Part shown: piece after piece, positions 61,160-64,000 of the stretch
Numbering within the stretch: the first letter of the stretch is position 1
Layout of the letters: every line of letters starts with the position of its first letter
NCBI GenBank assembly: GCA_026770705.1
Contig: JANJGN010000021.1
Span: 66,092,001-66,156,000, forward strand
Reading direction: 5' to 3'
Length of the DNA: 64,000 nucleotides
DNA from: Isurus oxyrinchus
Lineage: Eukaryota
Made by a program: the position numbers and the translations under genes
The notes under the pieces: generated by a model
The model's input: only the letters and a program-made list of their open reading frames with translations
What the model was told of the DNA's origin: nothing
Databases searched by the model: none

Positions 61160-62527
61160 TGTAACGGAGCTAAGACCTCACACTATATTTTTGTGAAATA
61201 TCATCATGGCTACTTCATAAGATTTTTAAACTGGACAATGGACTTTTAAAATGACTGAAGACATGTCTGGCTGTGACCCTCAAACAATAGGAGCTAATCT
61301 AGCAGTATCAAAGAAATCCATGCCTCGTTATTTCTGAAGGGACGCAAATGCCCTGTGGACTGCAGACACCAAATTCAAAGGGAATTATACAATTGCCATC
61401 TACAGTACATATGCTAGGCCTGGCCACTGGAGTCTACTAGCCTGCTTAGGCAAAGAACCCTGCAACCTTCTTTTGTAATTCTTAATGGTTGTAACATTAA
61501 CAATCTTAGGAACCCAGATAAAGAAATATACACCCTTGGTCAAGGCAAAGTGGAGACGTGAGAGTCATATGACATCACCTTCCGCCGAACACCCCGCCCC
61601 CCCCCACCCCCCACCCACCCCTACACCCCCTCCCCCCCCCCCCCCCCCCCCACCACTGCCCCCCCCACCGCCCTTAGCTGGAGGAACCTGTAATATTGCC
61701 TTGTGGAGCTGCAAAGCTCAGTCTGCCATCTTCCATCTACGAGCACCACCACCTTGAAGTTCTCCTTGAAGCCACTCACCATCCTGATTTGGAAATAAAT
61801 CGCCGTTCCTTCACTGTCGCTGGGTCAAAATCCTGGAACTCCCTCCCTAACAGCACTGTGGGTGTACCTACACCACATAGACTGCAGCGGTTCAAGAAGG
61901 CAGCTCACCACCACCTTCTCAAGGGCAACTAGGGATGGGCAATAAATGCTGGCCCAGCCATTGAGGCCCACATCTCGTGAATTAATTTTAGAAAAGCAGA
62001 GAACAAGGGGCTTTGCCCTGGTTTGAATGTCTGCCCCCATTTACATTGTTCCTACTGGGACTTCTGAACTTCTCTACCATTGCCCATAACACTAATTCAT
62101 CTCTGCATGCCTATCATATCGTGCAAGTCAGCTCCACTGGAAAAGTGAATTACCCAGCATCAGCTCAGCTTGCCAACCTCTGAGAAGGAATGCACTATTG
62201 GACTTTTTATTCTGGACTCTGGAGTCACAAGAAACAACAATTCTTTGCCCTGTAAATATTGCTTTCTCTATTCTGCTTTTGTTGTATGAATGCACAGGGT
62301 GCTATGTTGCAACACCCCCTCCAGAGTTTTGAGTGTGTGTGAATAAACAAACCCTGTCAAGTTTGGTATGGGATTATTAATAGGAATTGGATCACACCAA
62401 AACTGAGGGATTGGGAAATACATCACCGCTTATAAAGGGAGAAATCAAAATAAAAAACACTGTTTATGGACGGGTGGTGAAAAGAGAAATCAGGGCTATT
62501 TAAACTAATCCCCTCCTATCTGTGACA
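61160..62527 (+). mobile_element. Probable solo LTR inserted in a CR1 3' fragment
   Basis: Ends TGTAAC...GTGACA, internal AATAAA (62342). Flanking CR1-tail sequence rejoins across it. 4-bp flanks tcgc/ccac are only a degenerate TSD. Confidence 0.5.
61740..61990 (+). mobile_element. 3' end of the same LINE family as 25186-26655
   Basis: High similarity to about 26410-26655 (HHPDLEI.RRSFTVAGSKSWNSL...HHHLLKGN). Confidence 0.9.
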
Positions 62528-63860
62528 CCACCATTGCTCCATATCCCCTCTTATCCGAATCCAACAAAAATCAATCCATCTCACTCTTAAAATCTCCAAT
62601 TTCCCAGTCTCCTGAGGGAGAGAGTTACAGATTTCTATAACCCTTTGGGTGAAATTAGTTTCTCCATGTCTATACTAACAAATCCTTGTTAACATTATAA
62701 ACATCTCAATTAGATCACTCCTCAACCGTCTATACTCCAGGGAATACAAAACAAGATTATACTGTATAACCAAAGAGACAGATATAAAGGTGAGGAAGTT
62801 ATATTGAAGCTTTATGAAATATTGAATAGGCCCCAGCTGGAGAATTGTGTCCAATTCCAGGTAACCCCACCTCTGGAGGATGTAAAGGCCCTGGAGAGGG
62901 TGCAGAGATTGACCAGGATGATAACATGGATGAAGAATTCTGATCACATCACAGGAAGGATGTGATTGGGTTAGAGAGGAGACAGAGCAGATTCACAGAG
63001 GATGTTGTCAGGACTGGAGGATTTTAGCGATGAGACAAGATTGGATAGTCTGGGATTGTTCACTTTCAAACAGAGGAGGTTGAGGAGAGATTTAAAATTA
63101 CAAGGAGCCTTGATAGAATGTGTAGGAAGGACATATTTCCCTGAGCAGAGAGGTCAATAACCAGGAAGCAGAGATTTAAAGTAATTGATGGAAGGATTAG
63201 AGGGGATTTGAGGAGTAATTTTTTCAGCCAGAGAGGGCGAGGGTCTGGAACTCACTGTCTGAAAGGGTGACAGAGGCAGAAACCCTAATCACATTTTAAA
63301 AACACTGGGAAATGAAGTTGAGGAATTGTAACCTACAGGGTTCAGGAGGAAGAGCTGGAAGGTGGGATAAGTGGGATAACTCTGTGTCAGCTGGCAGGGA
63401 CACAATGGGCTGAATGGCCTCCTTCTGTCTCAACAACCTTTCTATGTTTCTGTGAGGAACGACTTCAGTTATGTGGAGAAGCTAGAGTTGTTGTCCTTAG
63501 AACAGAGAAGATTAAGAGGATATTCGATAGAGTTGTTCAAAATGACAAAGGCTTTGGATAGAATAAATAAGCAAAAGCAGTTTCCAGTGGCAGGAGGGTC
63601 AGCGAGCAGAGGGACACAGATTGAGGAGAATCACAAAGAGAACCAGAGGTGAGACAGAGCCACAGAGTGAGGAGAAATGTTTTATATCGATCAGTCTGAG
63701 GGGTGGGGGCAGATTCAATAAAAACTATCAAAAGGAAATTGGATAAATACTTGAAGGGAAGAAGATTGACAGGATGATGGGGAAAGAGCAGGGGGAGTGG
63801 GATGAACTGGATAACTCTTTCAAAGAACCAACACAGGCACGATGGGCTGAATGGCCATTA
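62528..63860. mobile_element. Cluster of CR1 3' fragments (minus to about 62760, then two plus-strand pieces)
   Basis: LYSLEYRRLRSDLIE and LEQRRLRG motifs; gggctgaatggcc 3' motifs at about 63410 and 63845. Confidence 0.8.
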
Positions 63861-64000
63861 ATATGAGAATACTGTCTGATTTCTGCAATTTTACAGTACT
63901 GGATGGAAACAATACTGAATGAAGGAATGAGCTCTGATGGTATGCAATCTGTTAGTGGTTGTTCCTGCACTATTACCTCTGGAGTTTGAGAGGAAGCGAT

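Overview
Vertebrate genomic DNA, most likely from a cartilaginous fish (inferred from the protein, its leader/tail and the repeat families). It contains one complete MHC class I heavy-chain gene on the minus strand, which the ORF track only shows in fragments. Hand-built model: 7 coding exons, complement(join(30978..31024,31308..31340,34399..34500,36383..36646,40987..41259,41917..42183,59535..59583)) = 1035 nt, 344 aa, all coding introns GT-AG and phase 1, plus a probable 3'UTR exon starting at 29323. All eight peptide-terminus anchoring residues are present, so it looks classical (UAA-like). Upstream of the ATG is an ordered ISRE - S - X1/X2 - Y - CCAAT - TATA-like promoter with canonical SXY spacing. 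Introns 1, 2, 3, 4 and 7 hold unrelated tandem repeats, most of them G-rich on the sense strand. Positions 1-24.15 kb are a CpG-rich 19-bp satellite with higher-order duplications, which produces the long Pro/Ser/Cys/His ORFs (artefacts). The remainder is decayed LINEs (CR1/L2-like), a tRNA-derived SINE, Penelope-like palindromic elements, a TIR element in the predicted 3'UTR and a probable solo LTR. TE family names come from recognised motifs, not database searches, and TE boundaries are approximate. There is one assembly gap (54617-54761).
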